From Candidatus Saccharimonadales bacterium (GTDB lineage Bacteria > Patescibacteriota > Saccharimonadia > Saccharimonadales > 2-12-FULL-41-12), in contig JBFIJM010000001.1 of NCBI GenBank assembly GCA_041600715.1, positions 192,387 to 256,386 on the forward strand: a stretch of 64,000 nucleotides of DNA, written 5' to 3'. The translations under genes and the position numbers were made by a program. Shown here piece by piece: positions 28,001 through 37,811 of this stretch. The notes under the pieces are model-generated. The model did no database searches and had not been told where the DNA came from. It saw nothing but the letters and a program-made list of their open reading frames with translations. Within the stretch, counting starts at the first letter, position 1. Every line of letters starts with the position of its first letter.

Positions 28001-29077
28001 ATGAAACTCTCTAGAGGAAAAGAAACCACAATAACTGTCGAATCAAGAACAGTAATACAAGTTCTCGCGCTGGTAGTTTTAGCCTTATTCGTAGTCGGGG
28101 TCATACATGCAATAGTCCAGCCACTAACGTTAATACTGATTTCAGGGTTCCTTGCACTTGCTCTAAACCCAGCAGTCTCCTGGATTGCAAGCAAGCTAAA
28201 AAGCAAGAGTCGGATTAGGGCAACCGGAGCAGCTTACTTAATGGTAATAACATTTTTGGTAGCTTTTTTCTCATTCGTTTTCCCGCCAATTGTTGCTCAA
28301 ACGGTTGATTTTATTAAAGACGTGCCAGCGACAATACAAGATTTTAAAAGAAACGATTCATCTGTAAGTAAATTCATCAATAATTATGATCTTGAGAGTG
28401 AGGTAGATCAGTTCACAGAAGACTTTGGCTCACGCTTCCAGGACTTAGGTAAACCAGCATTATCTACAGCAGGGAAAATTGGCACAATGGTAGTTAGCGT
28501 AATTACAGTATTTGTCCTGACATTTATGATGTTAGTCGAGGGCCCAATGTGGCTTGAGAAATACTTCAAAGCACTACCTAAGAGACGCAGAGAACACCAA
28601 GAGGTTCTTGCAAAAAAAATGTACCGTGTGGTAGTAGGCTATGTTAATGGCCAGGTTATTATCGCTGCTATTGGAGGTGTGTTTACTACAATTGCTCTGT
28701 TTATTGCTAGTACTTTACTCGATGTGCAAATTAACGCTATTGCACTAGGTGGAATTATTGCATTGTTTGCCCTTCTGCCACTCGTTGGCACAATAATAGG
28801 AGCAACGCTTGTTATTCTATCAAGTTTATTTGTTTCACTACCGCTAGCATTGGTCATGACTATCTTCTTCATCATTTACCAGCAGATAGAAAATGTTACC
28901 ATCCAGCCTTACGTACAAGCCAGGAGCAATAATCTAACTCCGCTTATAGTATTTCTAGCAGCGATATTAGGGGTCGGTTTAGGTGGATTACTTGGAGTTT
29001 TCCTTGCAATCCCTACCGCTGGCTGTATTAAAGTGTTAGTAGAAGACTACTACGATCAGCGATCGACAGTTAAGTAA
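28001..29077 (+). CDS. AI-2E family transporter (PerM/YhhT-like permease)
   Basis: 358 aa with 7-8 TM segments. The central soluble loop and the QQIENVTIQPYV motif are typical of UPF0118/AI-2E. Confidence 0.75.
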   Translation: MKLSRGKETTITVESRTVIQVLALVVLALFVVGVIHAIVQPLTLILISGFLALALNPAVSWIASKLKSKSRIRATGAAYLMVITFLVAFFSFVFPPIVAQTVDFIKDVPATIQDFKRNDSSVSKFINNYDLESEVDQFTEDFGSRFQDLGKPALSTAGKIGTMVVSVITVFVLTFMMLVEGPMWLEKYFKALPKRRREHQEVLAKKMYRVVVGYVNGQVIIAAIGGVFTTIALFIASTLLDVQINAIALGGIIALFALLPLVGTIIGATLVILSSLFVSLPLALVMTIFFIIYQQIENVTIQPYVQARSNNLTPLIVFLAAILGVGLGGLLGVFLAIPTAGCIKVLVEDYYDQRSTVK

Positions 29078-29080
29078 TAA

Positions 29081-30487
29081 TTATTTTCTATGCCAAAGTT
29101 GACCGTACTTACTGTCACTAAGAGCAATGCCTTGTTCTAAGAGCTGGTCCCTTAGTTTATCTGATTCGCTCCAATCTTGTGCATTTCGGACTAACTCTCT
29201 CTTAATAATAAGATTTTTTTGTAAGTTTGTGATATCAGGTTCCTCGCTTAGCTTCATGCCAAATAGTGCATCTATAGTATTTAAGAATTTAACAAATGGC
29301 TCTTTCTCGTCTTTGGATATTCCAGTATTACATATATCGAAAACTGAGTGAATTATAGTTAACGCGGTTATAGTATCTAAGTCGTTTCTCATAGCATTAA
29401 CAATTTGATCAGTCATGGACTCAATTTTATTTACCAGACTTTCCCTATTAACAGTCTTGATAGGTTGATGTTGTAAAACTGATAATCGTTTGAACCCTTC
29501 GTATCTGTTGTTTGAAGATTCCATAATATCCCATGAGAAATTACCTTCTACACGGTAATGGCTACTTGCTACCAGTAATTTAAAAGCCTCCAGAGAATAG
29601 CCCTTGTCTATAATGTCCTGTAATGTGAAGCTGTTTTCTAAAGATTTAGATAACTTTGTCCCGTTGATTTTAATGTGGTTATTATGAAACCAGTGTTTTG
29701 ATAATGGCACGTCAAGTAGTGATTCGCTTTGGGCGATTTCGTTTGTATGATGAACTGGTATATGATCAATCCCTCCAGTATGAACATCTATTGTTTTACC
29801 AAGTTCGTTCAATATGATCGCTGAGCATTCTAAATGCCAACCCGGAAAACCTATTCCCCAAGGGCTGTCCCACTCCATATCACGCTTGCCAGTCAAGGGA
29901 GAAAACTTCCATAATGCAAAGTCAGTGATATTTCGCTTACCTTTTACTGGAACTCTAGCTCCTGCCATCAACCCTTCAGTGTCGACTCGACCCAATCGTC
30001 CGTAATTTTTAAACAAGCTCGTATCGAAGTAAACACCTTCGTCATCAATGATATACGTGTAACCTTTTTCCTCTAAACCTCGAACGAACTCAATTTGCTC
30101 AGGTATAAGTGATGTTGCTCGCACGATTTTATCTGGACGTATTAATCCTAGCAATTCATAAGCTTCTATGTCTGCAACTTTAATATATTTATCTGCAACC
30201 TGCCATGCTGTTAAGCCTTCTCTCTTTGCACCCTTTTCCATCTTATCTTCACCGTCATCATCATCGCTGACAAGGTGTCCGACATCAGTAATGTTTTGCA
30301 CCCGTTCAACCTTAAACCCTGAATGCACTAAAGTGCGGACTAGCATATCACAATAAATATAAGCCACCCAATTGCCTATGTGTGGCTGGCTATATACAGT
30401 AAGCCCACAGGAGTATATTTTAAAGGGGCGATCACTAGGTGGTGTGATCTTCTCAACTGTTCTTGTCATTGTATTGTACAGATGCAT
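29081..30487 (-). CDS. cysS: cysteine--tRNA ligase
   Basis: 468 aa. Class I HIGN motif (QPHIGNWVAY), KLSKS (KMSKS variant), and conserved GFPGWHLECSA. Confidence 0.95.
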   Translation of the reverse strand: MHLYNTMTRTVEKITPPSDRPFKIYSCGLTVYSQPHIGNWVAYIYCDMLVRTLVHSGFKVERVQNITDVGHLVSDDDDGEDKMEKGAKREGLTAWQVADKYIKVADIEAYELLGLIRPDKIVRATSLIPEQIEFVRGLEEKGYTYIIDDEGVYFDTSLFKNYGRLGRVDTEGLMAGARVPVKGKRNITDFALWKFSPLTGKRDMEWDSPWGIGFPGWHLECSAIILNELGKTIDVHTGGIDHIPVHHTNEIAQSESLLDVPLSKHWFHNNHIKINGTKLSKSLENSFTLQDIIDKGYSLEAFKLLVASSHYRVEGNFSWDIMESSNNRYEGFKRLSVLQHQPIKTVNRESLVNKIESMTDQIVNAMRNDLDTITALTIIHSVFDICNTGISKDEKEPFVKFLNTIDALFGMKLSEEPDITNLQKNLIIKRELVRNAQDWSESDKLRDQLLEQGIALSDSKYGQLWHRK

Positions 30488-30504
30488 AGTGTTGGCCCTT
30501 AAGG

Positions 30505-31500
30505 TTACAAGTCTTTGAGTAATTCGCTAGCTTTTATTATGCATTCTTTCTCAACTTGCTCAAGGCTCCGACCCTCACTGATCTTAAACCCTGAAGCATA
30601 TGCATGACCCCCGCCTCCGAAGTGAGACGCTAGCGTGCTAGCTACTGCAAAGCCGTAATTAGCACGTATTTTCGCGGTTATTTTACCATCAGGGTAGGTT
30701 TTTAGTGCTATTGCAAGACAAACTCCCTGGGTCATCCTCATATCATCAATAACCAAGATTGAAGGGTTGTACTCGTGGCTGTACTGTTCTATCTCTTTCC
30801 AGGGGATGTTGACTAATGCAATTTTGCCATCATCACTAAATTTTACCCTGCTCAAGAGCGTTCCTTTATATAGAAGTATGCGTTGAGATTTTTTCTGTAG
30901 TTGCTTTCTTGCATTATCTAATTTTGCAAGAGATACGCCTCGTTCAATAAAATCGCCTATCAGACGTACAGCATCGCTAGTAACTGCTTCACTTGTAAGA
31001 CCTAGGCTATCAGATAGTATCGAGTAAGTTATAAATTCTGATGTCTGTAATGATATAGGCCAATTTAATTCTTCTGATATACGATAAAGTATTTCCCCAG
31101 TAGAAACGGCCTTTTCATTAATAGTTATCGTCGCAAAAGGGATTTCACTCGCTGTTTCATGGTGGTCGATTACTATACACGGTTTAGTAGCAATCTGGTT
31201 GATAAGATTTTGTTTCTCAAGGGTTTCTAATAGAGTTAAAGAAGCCGTGTCTACGATTATCGTAAGATCAAAATTATTTGGAAGCTCAGAAACAACACGA
31301 TCCCAGCCATTCATGTAATGAAGGTAGCCAGGAATTATGACACCGCAGTACATTGTTACTTTTTTGCCCAATGTCTCTAGAATATCTTCTAGAGCAAGGG
31401 CGCTAGATAAACTGTCACCATCAGGGTTATCTGCTTGGATGACAACAATATGATTTGCCTTAGTTATTATTTGATTAAGACTGTCATATTTATTTTTCAT
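30505..31500 (-). CDS. DHH/DHHA1 phosphoesterase (NrnA-like oligoribonuclease/pAp phosphatase)
   Basis: 331 aa. DHH motifs NPDGDSLSSALAL and VIDHHE, and the DHHA1 motif GGGGHAYASGF. Confidence 0.8.
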   Translation of the reverse strand: MKNKYDSLNQIITKANHIVVIQADNPDGDSLSSALALEDILETLGKKVTMYCGVIIPGYLHYMNGWDRVVSELPNNFDLTIIVDTASLTLLETLEKQNLINQIATKPCIVIDHHETASEIPFATITINEKAVSTGEILYRISEELNWPISLQTSEFITYSILSDSLGLTSEAVTSDAVRLIGDFIERGVSLAKLDNARKQLQKKSQRILLYKGTLLSRVKFSDDGKIALVNIPWKEIEQYSHEYNPSILVIDDMRMTQGVCLAIALKTYPDGKITAKIRANYGFAVASTLASHFGGGGHAYASGFKISEGRSLEQVEKECIIKASELLKDL

Positions 31501-32102
31501 AATAACCTTCTTCCCTCGAGCGCCTTACCTAGAGTGATCTGGTCAGCATACTCAAGATCAAGCCCTATAGGTAGACCTTGGGCCAAACGCGTCAATTTAA
31601 CGGAAGTGTTTTCTAGCTGTTTTTGCAGATAGAGTGCTGTAGATTCACCCTCTACACTGGCGCTAGTTGCTAGAATAACCTCCGTAACATTATCTTTCTT
31701 AATACGTAAAAGTAATTGATCTATGTGCAGTGAGTCTGGCCCGATACCATCTATAGGTGAAATTAGACCGCCAAGTACATGGTAAGTCCCCTTAAAATGT
31801 CCTGTATTTTCTAAGGCAACGACATCAAAAGCGTCTTCTACTATCGCTACGATGGATTTATCGCGCCTGGTGTCAGTATATAGAGAAGACAATTCTTCTG
31901 ATTTGCTAATAAGTGCAAATGTTATTGGGCAATAAGTAACATTTTTGTGAAGATTTTGAAGGGCGTTTGCTATTGCATCTGTTCTGCTACTGTCTCTACG
32001 TAATAGATAATAGGCATAACGCTCTGCTGACCTGCGACCTACGCCTGGTAAGGTGGTTAAAGCATCGATAAGATCTTCTAAGGCTTTGGGTAGTAGTGCC
32101 AT
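31497..32102 (-). CDS. recR: recombination protein RecR (zinc-finger cysteines absent)
   Basis: 201 aa. HhH LPGVGRRSAERYAY and a Toprim region (VAIVEDAFDVVALENTG, EVILATSASVEGESTA). Only one Cys remains where the C4 finger normally lies. Confidence 0.9.
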   Translation of the reverse strand: MALLPKALEDLIDALTTLPGVGRRSAERYAYYLLRRDSSRTDAIANALQNLHKNVTYCPITFALISKSEELSSLYTDTRRDKSIVAIVEDAFDVVALENTGHFKGTYHVLGGLISPIDGIGPDSLHIDQLLLRIKKDNVTEVILATSASVEGESTALYLQKQLENTSVKLTRLAQGLPIGLDLEYADQITLGKALEGRRLL

Positions 32103-32113
32103 ATAGATACTAT

Positions 32114-32407
32114 TTAAAGACCAAGATTCCCAAGCATGCCCATCATAGGTTGCATTTTTTCTGCAGCAACTCTCTGGCTCTCAGCAATAGCTTGCTTTAC
32201 TGCTTCTTCTACATACTTCTCAGTTTGTCTAATGTCGTCAACGTCAACTCTTTCAGGATCTATATGAATACGTTTAATCTTTTGTTCACCAGTTATTTCA
32301 ACACGAACTGCATCGTCACCAGCTGACACTGTGATTATTTGTTTCTGCAATTCTTTTTGCATTTTCTTAACTTTCATCAACATTTTCGCTTGGTCAAATT
32401 TACTCAT
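32114..32407 (-). CDS. ybaB: YbaB/EbfC nucleoid-associated protein
   Basis: 97 aa. MQKELQKQ...SAGDDAVRVEITGEQKIKRIHIDPE pattern, upstream of recR as usual. Confidence 0.85.
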   Translation of the reverse strand: MSKFDQAKMLMKVKKMQKELQKQIITVSAGDDAVRVEITGEQKIKRIHIDPERVDVDDIRQTEKYVEEAVKQAIAESQRVAAEKMQPMMGMLGNLGL

Positions 32408-32439
32408 TACTAATACTCCTCTTTTTATAAATTATAACA

Positions 32440-33636
32440 TTATTCAATTTGCGCTTGTGGCTCCAAAGATCTTGTGGTCGACGGTGCAATAGGCCATGCT
32501 TCAAAGTATCGTTGAGTATGATAATTAACAATAAAGCCACAAACGATCACCAAAACTATTACGCCTACTGAACGAGCTGCCGGATTCTTAGGGAATACCG
32601 TAAACCATGTCTGCAGTAGAAATGCTATACCATTAGCAATCACTAAATATATGGCTGGGATTAGTAGAGCCATCGCATTAAATGATGATGTGCCTGCTAA
32701 GAGCACTGAAAACACGATTATTCCACCTAATAACCTAGCTCGTAACGGATGATAACCGCGTACATAGCTATAAATCCCAAAAAGAAGCAGTACTGCGCTT
32801 GCTAAGTCAAGTATAGGTGTTCCTGTGAGCCATCTATACGGTTCATCGTAGCCGTTAAACACTAAACTAGAAGGGATTTCTGATACTGATGAAATAAAGC
32901 TTTTATGACCTTCTTCAAAGAGCTGATCGAAACCTAATAACCGGGTAAACTGAGATGAATTAACGTAAAGTCCATACAACAAAGGCGAAACAATAGCTAT
33001 GAAACTTAATAATCCTATCCATCTTTGCTTAGGCTGGACGAACCGCCAAGCAAGAAGGAGTCTTTTTTTAAAGATTATTGCAAGTGTGCCAAGAAATAAT
33101 AACATGCCAGGGATGTAGAGCATCAGTCCTGCCATGCTCATAGCTATAGGTAACCGGCTGACAGTTTTTTTAGATTTCAACCATGTGCCAGCTAGCAATA
33201 GTATAGGAACAACAGCATACATCATCGTTTCTGTATGCGAGAACCTGCCTAGATGAAGGCTATAACTACTTGTTGCAAAGAGGATAGTCGCAAGTACTGC
33301 AACCCTTACGGTATGCCATTTTTTTAATAATAAAAATAGCGCAACAGTGGCAATGAATATTATACCTACTGAAATGAGTCTAAGGAGAGTTGCATTAGGA
33401 TCATCAATTTTGACCATAATTAATTCAAGCATCTTGTGAGGTGCAAATGCTATGTCCTGCAAGATAGCTTCTTTACCATTTATCCCTAAGAATTCGTGGC
33501 TTTCGTAAATGGTATCACCTCGTATAAACGCACCAAGCTTGAAAAAGTAAAAGCCTGAAAAACCAGAAATTAGTAAAATCCCCAGCAGAATAGAACGCCA
33601 ACTATCTTTAAAGTTGTCTATTATTTTTTTCACCAT
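32440..33636 (-). CDS. polytopic membrane protein, possibly a GT-C-type glycosyltransferase
   Basis: 398 aa with about 10 TM segments and an architecture resembling ArnT/PMT-like enzymes. No motif verified. Confidence 0.45.
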   Translation of the reverse strand: MVKKIIDNFKDSWRSILLGILLISGFSGFYFFKLGAFIRGDTIYESHEFLGINGKEAILQDIAFAPHKMLELIMVKIDDPNATLLRLISVGIIFIATVALFLLLKKWHTVRVAVLATILFATSSYSLHLGRFSHTETMMYAVVPILLLAGTWLKSKKTVSRLPIAMSMAGLMLYIPGMLLFLGTLAIIFKKRLLLAWRFVQPKQRWIGLLSFIAIVSPLLYGLYVNSSQFTRLLGFDQLFEEGHKSFISSVSEIPSSLVFNGYDEPYRWLTGTPILDLASAVLLLFGIYSYVRGYHPLRARLLGGIIVFSVLLAGTSSFNAMALLIPAIYLVIANGIAFLLQTWFTVFPKNPAARSVGVIVLVIVCGFIVNYHTQRYFEAWPIAPSTTRSLEPQAQIE

Positions 33637-33678
33637 GTCGCTTAATATATTAACAGATATTAAGCGTTTAATGTTTGT

Positions 33679-35043
33679 TTATGAATCAAATGGAGTTGAA
33701 TGTTTAGTGTCTAAGCTTCTAATTTGTTGACGTTCCATATCAAAGTAAAGCTCAACCGCGCCTGTAGGACCGTTACGATGCTTTTTAATAAACACGTCCA
33801 TGATATTCTTGCGCTCTGTTTCTGGGTTGTAGTACTCTTCCCTATAAAGGAACGCGACTACGTCAGCATCTTGTTCGATTGATCCTGATTCTCGTAAGTC
33901 TGCTAGCTGAGGAATCTGAGGGCTACGACTTTCAACAGATCGGCTAAGCTGGCTCAAGGCAATAAGCGGGACATTTAGCTCTCTTGCAATACCTTTAAGC
34001 CCTCGTGATATTTCGGAAATTTCCTGAACACGATTACCGTCACCGCCGAACTTAGACCCACCGCTCATTAGCTGTAAATAATCTACGATAATTAATCCTA
34101 ATGGCCGCTGATGAGCCTCACGTCTTGCCTTTGTTCTCATGTCACTAACTGTAATACCTGGTGTATCGTCAATGTACACCTGAGCTTCACTGAGCGTTCC
34201 CATTGCATGACCTATTTTTTCAAAATCTCTATCTGTCAGATTGCCAGTTCTAAGCGCCCATGCGTTCACGCCAGATTCTTTAGCCAGTATTCTATCTACT
34301 AGCTGTTCCTTACTCATCTCAAGGCTGAACATTAGTACCGGCTGACCTGCTTTAACCGCTATATTATGAGCTAGATTCAATACCATTGCAGTTTTACCCA
34401 TACTTGGTCGACCGGCTAAAATAAAGAGGTCACTTCTCTGTAAGCCGGCAAGAATAGCGTCAAGATCTTTATAACCCGTAGGAATACCACGAATAGTTCC
34501 TTTATCCTTGTGGAGTTCGTCTAGTCGGTCAAAGCTCTCGGTGAGGATATCTTCCATGCTCACTATGTCTTGCTTAACATGCTGTTGGCTAACTTCGAAC
34601 AAACGAGTTTCTGCAGTTTCGATGAGCTCTCTAAGTTCTTTATTCTCGTCATAACCAATTTCAGTTATGTCCCTACTTGCATCTATAAGTCTCCTACGCA
34701 TGGCTTTGCTAGCAACAATCTCAGCGTATTGCTGAACATGCGCTGCGGAAGGAACGAAGTTTGTAAGTTCTGTTAAATAGCTTGCGCCTCCGACGTCTTT
34801 GAGCTGTCCGGTGTTCTTTAAGCGATCCGAAAGTGTTAGCACGTCAATAGGGCTGTGTGATTCATACAAGTGGACTACTGCTTCGTATATATGTTTATGA
34901 CGTGGATCGTAAAAATCTCGTCCTGATACGACATCTGCAACCTTAACAATTGCATCTCCGTCGATCATTAGAGCTCCGAGAAGACTTGCTTCTGCCTCAA
35001 GATTCTGAGGAGGTATATTTGGGCTAGTTATGTTTCGGTCCAT
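33679..35043 (-). CDS. dnaB: replicative DNA helicase DnaB
   Basis: 454 aa. N-terminal PPQNLEAEASLLGA, Walker A GRPSMGKT, IIVDYLQLM, and SQLSR. Confidence 0.95.
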   Translation of the reverse strand: MDRNITSPNIPPQNLEAEASLLGALMIDGDAIVKVADVVSGRDFYDPRHKHIYEAVVHLYESHSPIDVLTLSDRLKNTGQLKDVGGASYLTELTNFVPSAAHVQQYAEIVASKAMRRRLIDASRDITEIGYDENKELRELIETAETRLFEVSQQHVKQDIVSMEDILTESFDRLDELHKDKGTIRGIPTGYKDLDAILAGLQRSDLFILAGRPSMGKTAMVLNLAHNIAVKAGQPVLMFSLEMSKEQLVDRILAKESGVNAWALRTGNLTDRDFEKIGHAMGTLSEAQVYIDDTPGITVSDMRTKARREAHQRPLGLIIVDYLQLMSGGSKFGGDGNRVQEISEISRGLKGIARELNVPLIALSQLSRSVESRSPQIPQLADLRESGSIEQDADVVAFLYREEYYNPETERKNIMDVFIKKHRNGPTGAVELYFDMERQQIRSLDTKHSTPFDS

Positions 35044-35048
35044 TGTAT

Positions 35049-36527
35049 CTAAGATTCTAACACTTCATGACTACCAAAAATATTGCTTACGCTCTCTAAA
35101 TTAGTAACTTTTGTTAGTTTTACAGTTTCAGGAGCTACTGACTCGACTTTTGCCAACTCTACTCGTAAGGTTTTATGACCTGCGCCTAGGTTAGTCATAA
35201 TAGTATTAAATATTGCTTTATTTTTAGAATCATTCATTTGTTTGTAATGGAAAGGAAAGGTAAAGGTTAAGCAAACTTCATCTTTAGTCTCGTTAACTTC
35301 GGCCATTCTAGCTATTGCGTATAGAGTATTATTCTTGCTTCTAACTGTATCTATAACTAAATTCCAACAATCATCTTCCCGTGGCTCTACAGAATTTTCA
35401 TTAATTTCAGACGAAGTAACTTCTGTACTGTGCGGTTTTTTAGTAATTTTTGGTACAGCAACATCTGTTTCATGCGTCCGTTCTGGTTGCTTATGATTTT
35501 TCTTCTCTGTTTTTTTCGTAGCCACGTCTTGTTGAATTGGCGATTCTTTTGGCACAGTTTGTTTTACTCCATCAACCACGACCCTAAACAAGGCAAGCTC
35601 CAGACAAACACGCGGGTTAGTAGAGCCCGCTACATCGAGTAAATCATGCTGTAGCGATAATACATCCCGGTAAGGTATAACAGTAGCCTGGTTGATGAGG
35701 AGGTCTCTTAAGTTGCGAGAAAGCTGTCCAGCAAAGATAGCTTCGTTCACTCCTTGACTATATAAACTTTGAAGTGTCTCTTCTAGTATTGTTAGATCTG
35801 ATTTCTCTAAAGCTTTTATAATATCGGTTATTGTAGAACCTGAAGCTAGGCCAAGCATGTTTTGTACATCTGATAAACCAACAGAGGATCCGTGGTGCGA
35901 TACTTGCTCTAATAATGTAATAGAGTCTCGGAAGCTTCCTCGTGCATGCTCAGCCAAAAGAGCTAGCGCATCGTCGTCTATCTTAATAGACTCTTTATCG
36001 GCAATAAAACGCAAATGAGCTGTGAGTGCATTATTTTCTATAGGCAAGAATGTTAACCTCAAACATCGACTAATTATAGTCTCGGGCACTTTGTGTAACT
36101 CGGTTGTAGCAAGTATAAAAATAACATGGGCTGGAGGTTCTTCGAGAGTTTTTAAGAGTGCATTGAATGCTTCTCTTGTGAGCATATGTACTTCGTCAAT
36201 AATATAAACTTTATACTGGCTACTGGTTGGGGCAATATTAACCCGCTCACGTATCTCACGTATCTCATCGATTCTTCTGTTTGAGGCCGCATCTATCTCT
36301 ATGATATCAAGATGTGAATCTCCTTCTGTGTAAGGTATTTTATTAACTTCATATGCAAGAATCCTGGCGACACTAGTCTTCCCTACACCCCTTGGGCCAG
36401 TAAGTAAATATGCATGACTGATTCTATTTTTAGCCAGTGCATTCTTTAGAGTTGTAGTTATGTGATCCTGACCAATTACCTCATCAAAAGAGGTCGATCT
36501 ATAAGAACGATATAGTGCTTTGCCCAT
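35049..36527 (-). CDS. dnaX: DNA polymerase III subunit gamma/tau
   Basis: 492 aa. GPRGVGKTS Walker A, IIDEVHML, LLKTLEEPP, SRC motif (IISRCL). Confidence 0.9.
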   Translation of the reverse strand: MGKALYRSYRSTSFDEVIGQDHITTTLKNALAKNRISHAYLLTGPRGVGKTSVARILAYEVNKIPYTEGDSHLDIIEIDAASNRRIDEIREIRERVNIAPTSSQYKVYIIDEVHMLTREAFNALLKTLEEPPAHVIFILATTELHKVPETIISRCLRLTFLPIENNALTAHLRFIADKESIKIDDDALALLAEHARGSFRDSITLLEQVSHHGSSVGLSDVQNMLGLASGSTITDIIKALEKSDLTILEETLQSLYSQGVNEAIFAGQLSRNLRDLLINQATVIPYRDVLSLQHDLLDVAGSTNPRVCLELALFRVVVDGVKQTVPKESPIQQDVATKKTEKKNHKQPERTHETDVAVPKITKKPHSTEVTSSEINENSVEPREDDCWNLVIDTVRSKNNTLYAIARMAEVNETKDEVCLTFTFPFHYKQMNDSKNKAIFNTIMTNLGAGHKTLRVELAKVESVAPETVKLTKVTNLESVSNIFGSHEVLES

Positions 36528-36700
36528 AGTCTACTTAGTATAGAGTCTTACAAAGAAAGATTAAAGGTTCAATCCAAATCTAACAACAGTTTATGAATTC
36601 CTAAAAGATCGGTTGGATAATAGTATTGCTTCGAGTGCTTTCCTATACAATGCCGGTTTACATTGTTATGTCTTCACCAACAACGCGTCATTATCTCCTG

Positions 36701-37210
36701 TTACAGGGCGGCTTCCAGGGCAGCCCATTCGGCATTCGGATCTTCTTGAGGGACGTTCACGCTTACCTGGTCGCCTGGCTTTGCTTTAAAATAGGTAACA
36801 CTAGCAAGTAATACTCTGTATTCACGATCAGCCACCTTAACAAAGTAATGTCCGTCTACGAGCTCTAGAGTGCCCACAATTTGTTTACGTGGTATTGGAC
36901 CAATTTGTTTATATAAGAACGTGCCATCATCAGAAATTGTAAGCTTAAGAATATCACCTTGCACAAGCTTAGATTTGCTAGCGTAATTTGCTGGAACAGG
37001 GTATGTCTTACTATCACTGCCAACCATGTTTTGTCCGTCGAAAACACCTTCTATAACTTTCCCAATGTTCTCTTCTTTAGTTACAGATGTGGCACTTGGG
37101 TCTTCTCCGAGTAAACTAAGAAGTAACTCCTTAGCTGCCGCTAATGAAGTTTCCGCTTCTACAATAAGTGCTCGAAGCCTTTTTATTTGTTTATCTGGTA
37201 CATCCGCCAT
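36701..37210 (-). CDS. hypothetical protein (169 aa)
   Basis: N-terminal helical region and a C-terminal beta-rich region. Located between rplL and dnaX. No motif recognised. Confidence 0.55.
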   Translation of the reverse strand: MADVPDKQIKRLRALIVEAETSLAAAKELLLSLLGEDPSATSVTKEENIGKVIEGVFDGQNMVGSDSKTYPVPANYASKSKLVQGDILKLTISDDGTFLYKQIGPIPRKQIVGTLELVDGHYFVKVADREYRVLLASVTYFKAKPGDQVSVNVPQEDPNAEWAALEAAL

Positions 37211-37345
37211 AATTTTGTCTCTATATCACTTAGTTTCATGAAAGCTTTTGTTTCCATCGGCTCTTCTAGGCAAAGAGTACCACGTAAGGTTTACATTGTA
37301 AACCAATGATGTGGATAACTCTATACCCGCTTTGTAGCTCATGTA

Positions 37346-37373
37346 GGACGACTACTGGCGTCCAGTGTCGTCC
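37346..37373 (-). terminator. hairpin downstream of rplL
   Basis: On the minus strand, GGACGACACTGG-ACG-CCAGTAGTCGTCC forms a 12-bp stem with one bulge starting 12 nt after the rplL stop. No clear U-tract. Confidence 0.4.
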
Positions 37374-37384
37374 CGTATTAGCTA

Positions 37385-37762
37385 CTAAGCTAGTTCAACA
37401 GTTGCGCCAGCGCCTTCAAGGGCTATCTTAGCGTTTTCTGCGTCGTCTTTCTTAGCTTTCTCAAGAACAGGCTTTGGAGCTCCGTCTACGATAGCTTTTG
37501 CTTCACCAAGACCAAGTCCGGTAATATCTTTAACAGCTTTAATGACAGCTACTTTTTGAGCACCTGCATCCTTAAGAATTACGTCATATTCGCTCTTCTC
37601 TTCTGCTACAGGAGCATCGCCACCTGCAGATGGCCCAGCAACTACGGCTGCTGCAGCAGCTGGTTCGATTCCGTATTCATCTTTTAATATAGTTTTTAGT
37701 TCGTTTACTTCAAGAACGCTAAGGTTAACTAGCTGTTCTGCAAATTTTTTTAGATCTGCCAT
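37385..37762 (-). CDS. rplL: 50S ribosomal protein L7/L12
   Basis: 125 aa. N-terminal dimerisation helix, an Ala/Pro hinge ([16 protein letters not shown]), and a C-terminal [20 protein letters not shown]. Confidence 0.95.
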   Translation of the reverse strand: MADLKKFAEQLVNLSVLEVNELKTILKDEYGIEPAAAAAVVAGPSAGGDAPVAEEKSEYDVILKDAGAQKVAVIKAVKDITGLGLGEAKAIVDGAPKPVLEKAKKDDAENAKIALEGAGATVELA

Positions 37763-37811
37763 TGTAATTTCTCCTTTATAAAAATTAGCGATTTGTTAAT
37801 ATTGGCGTTTT

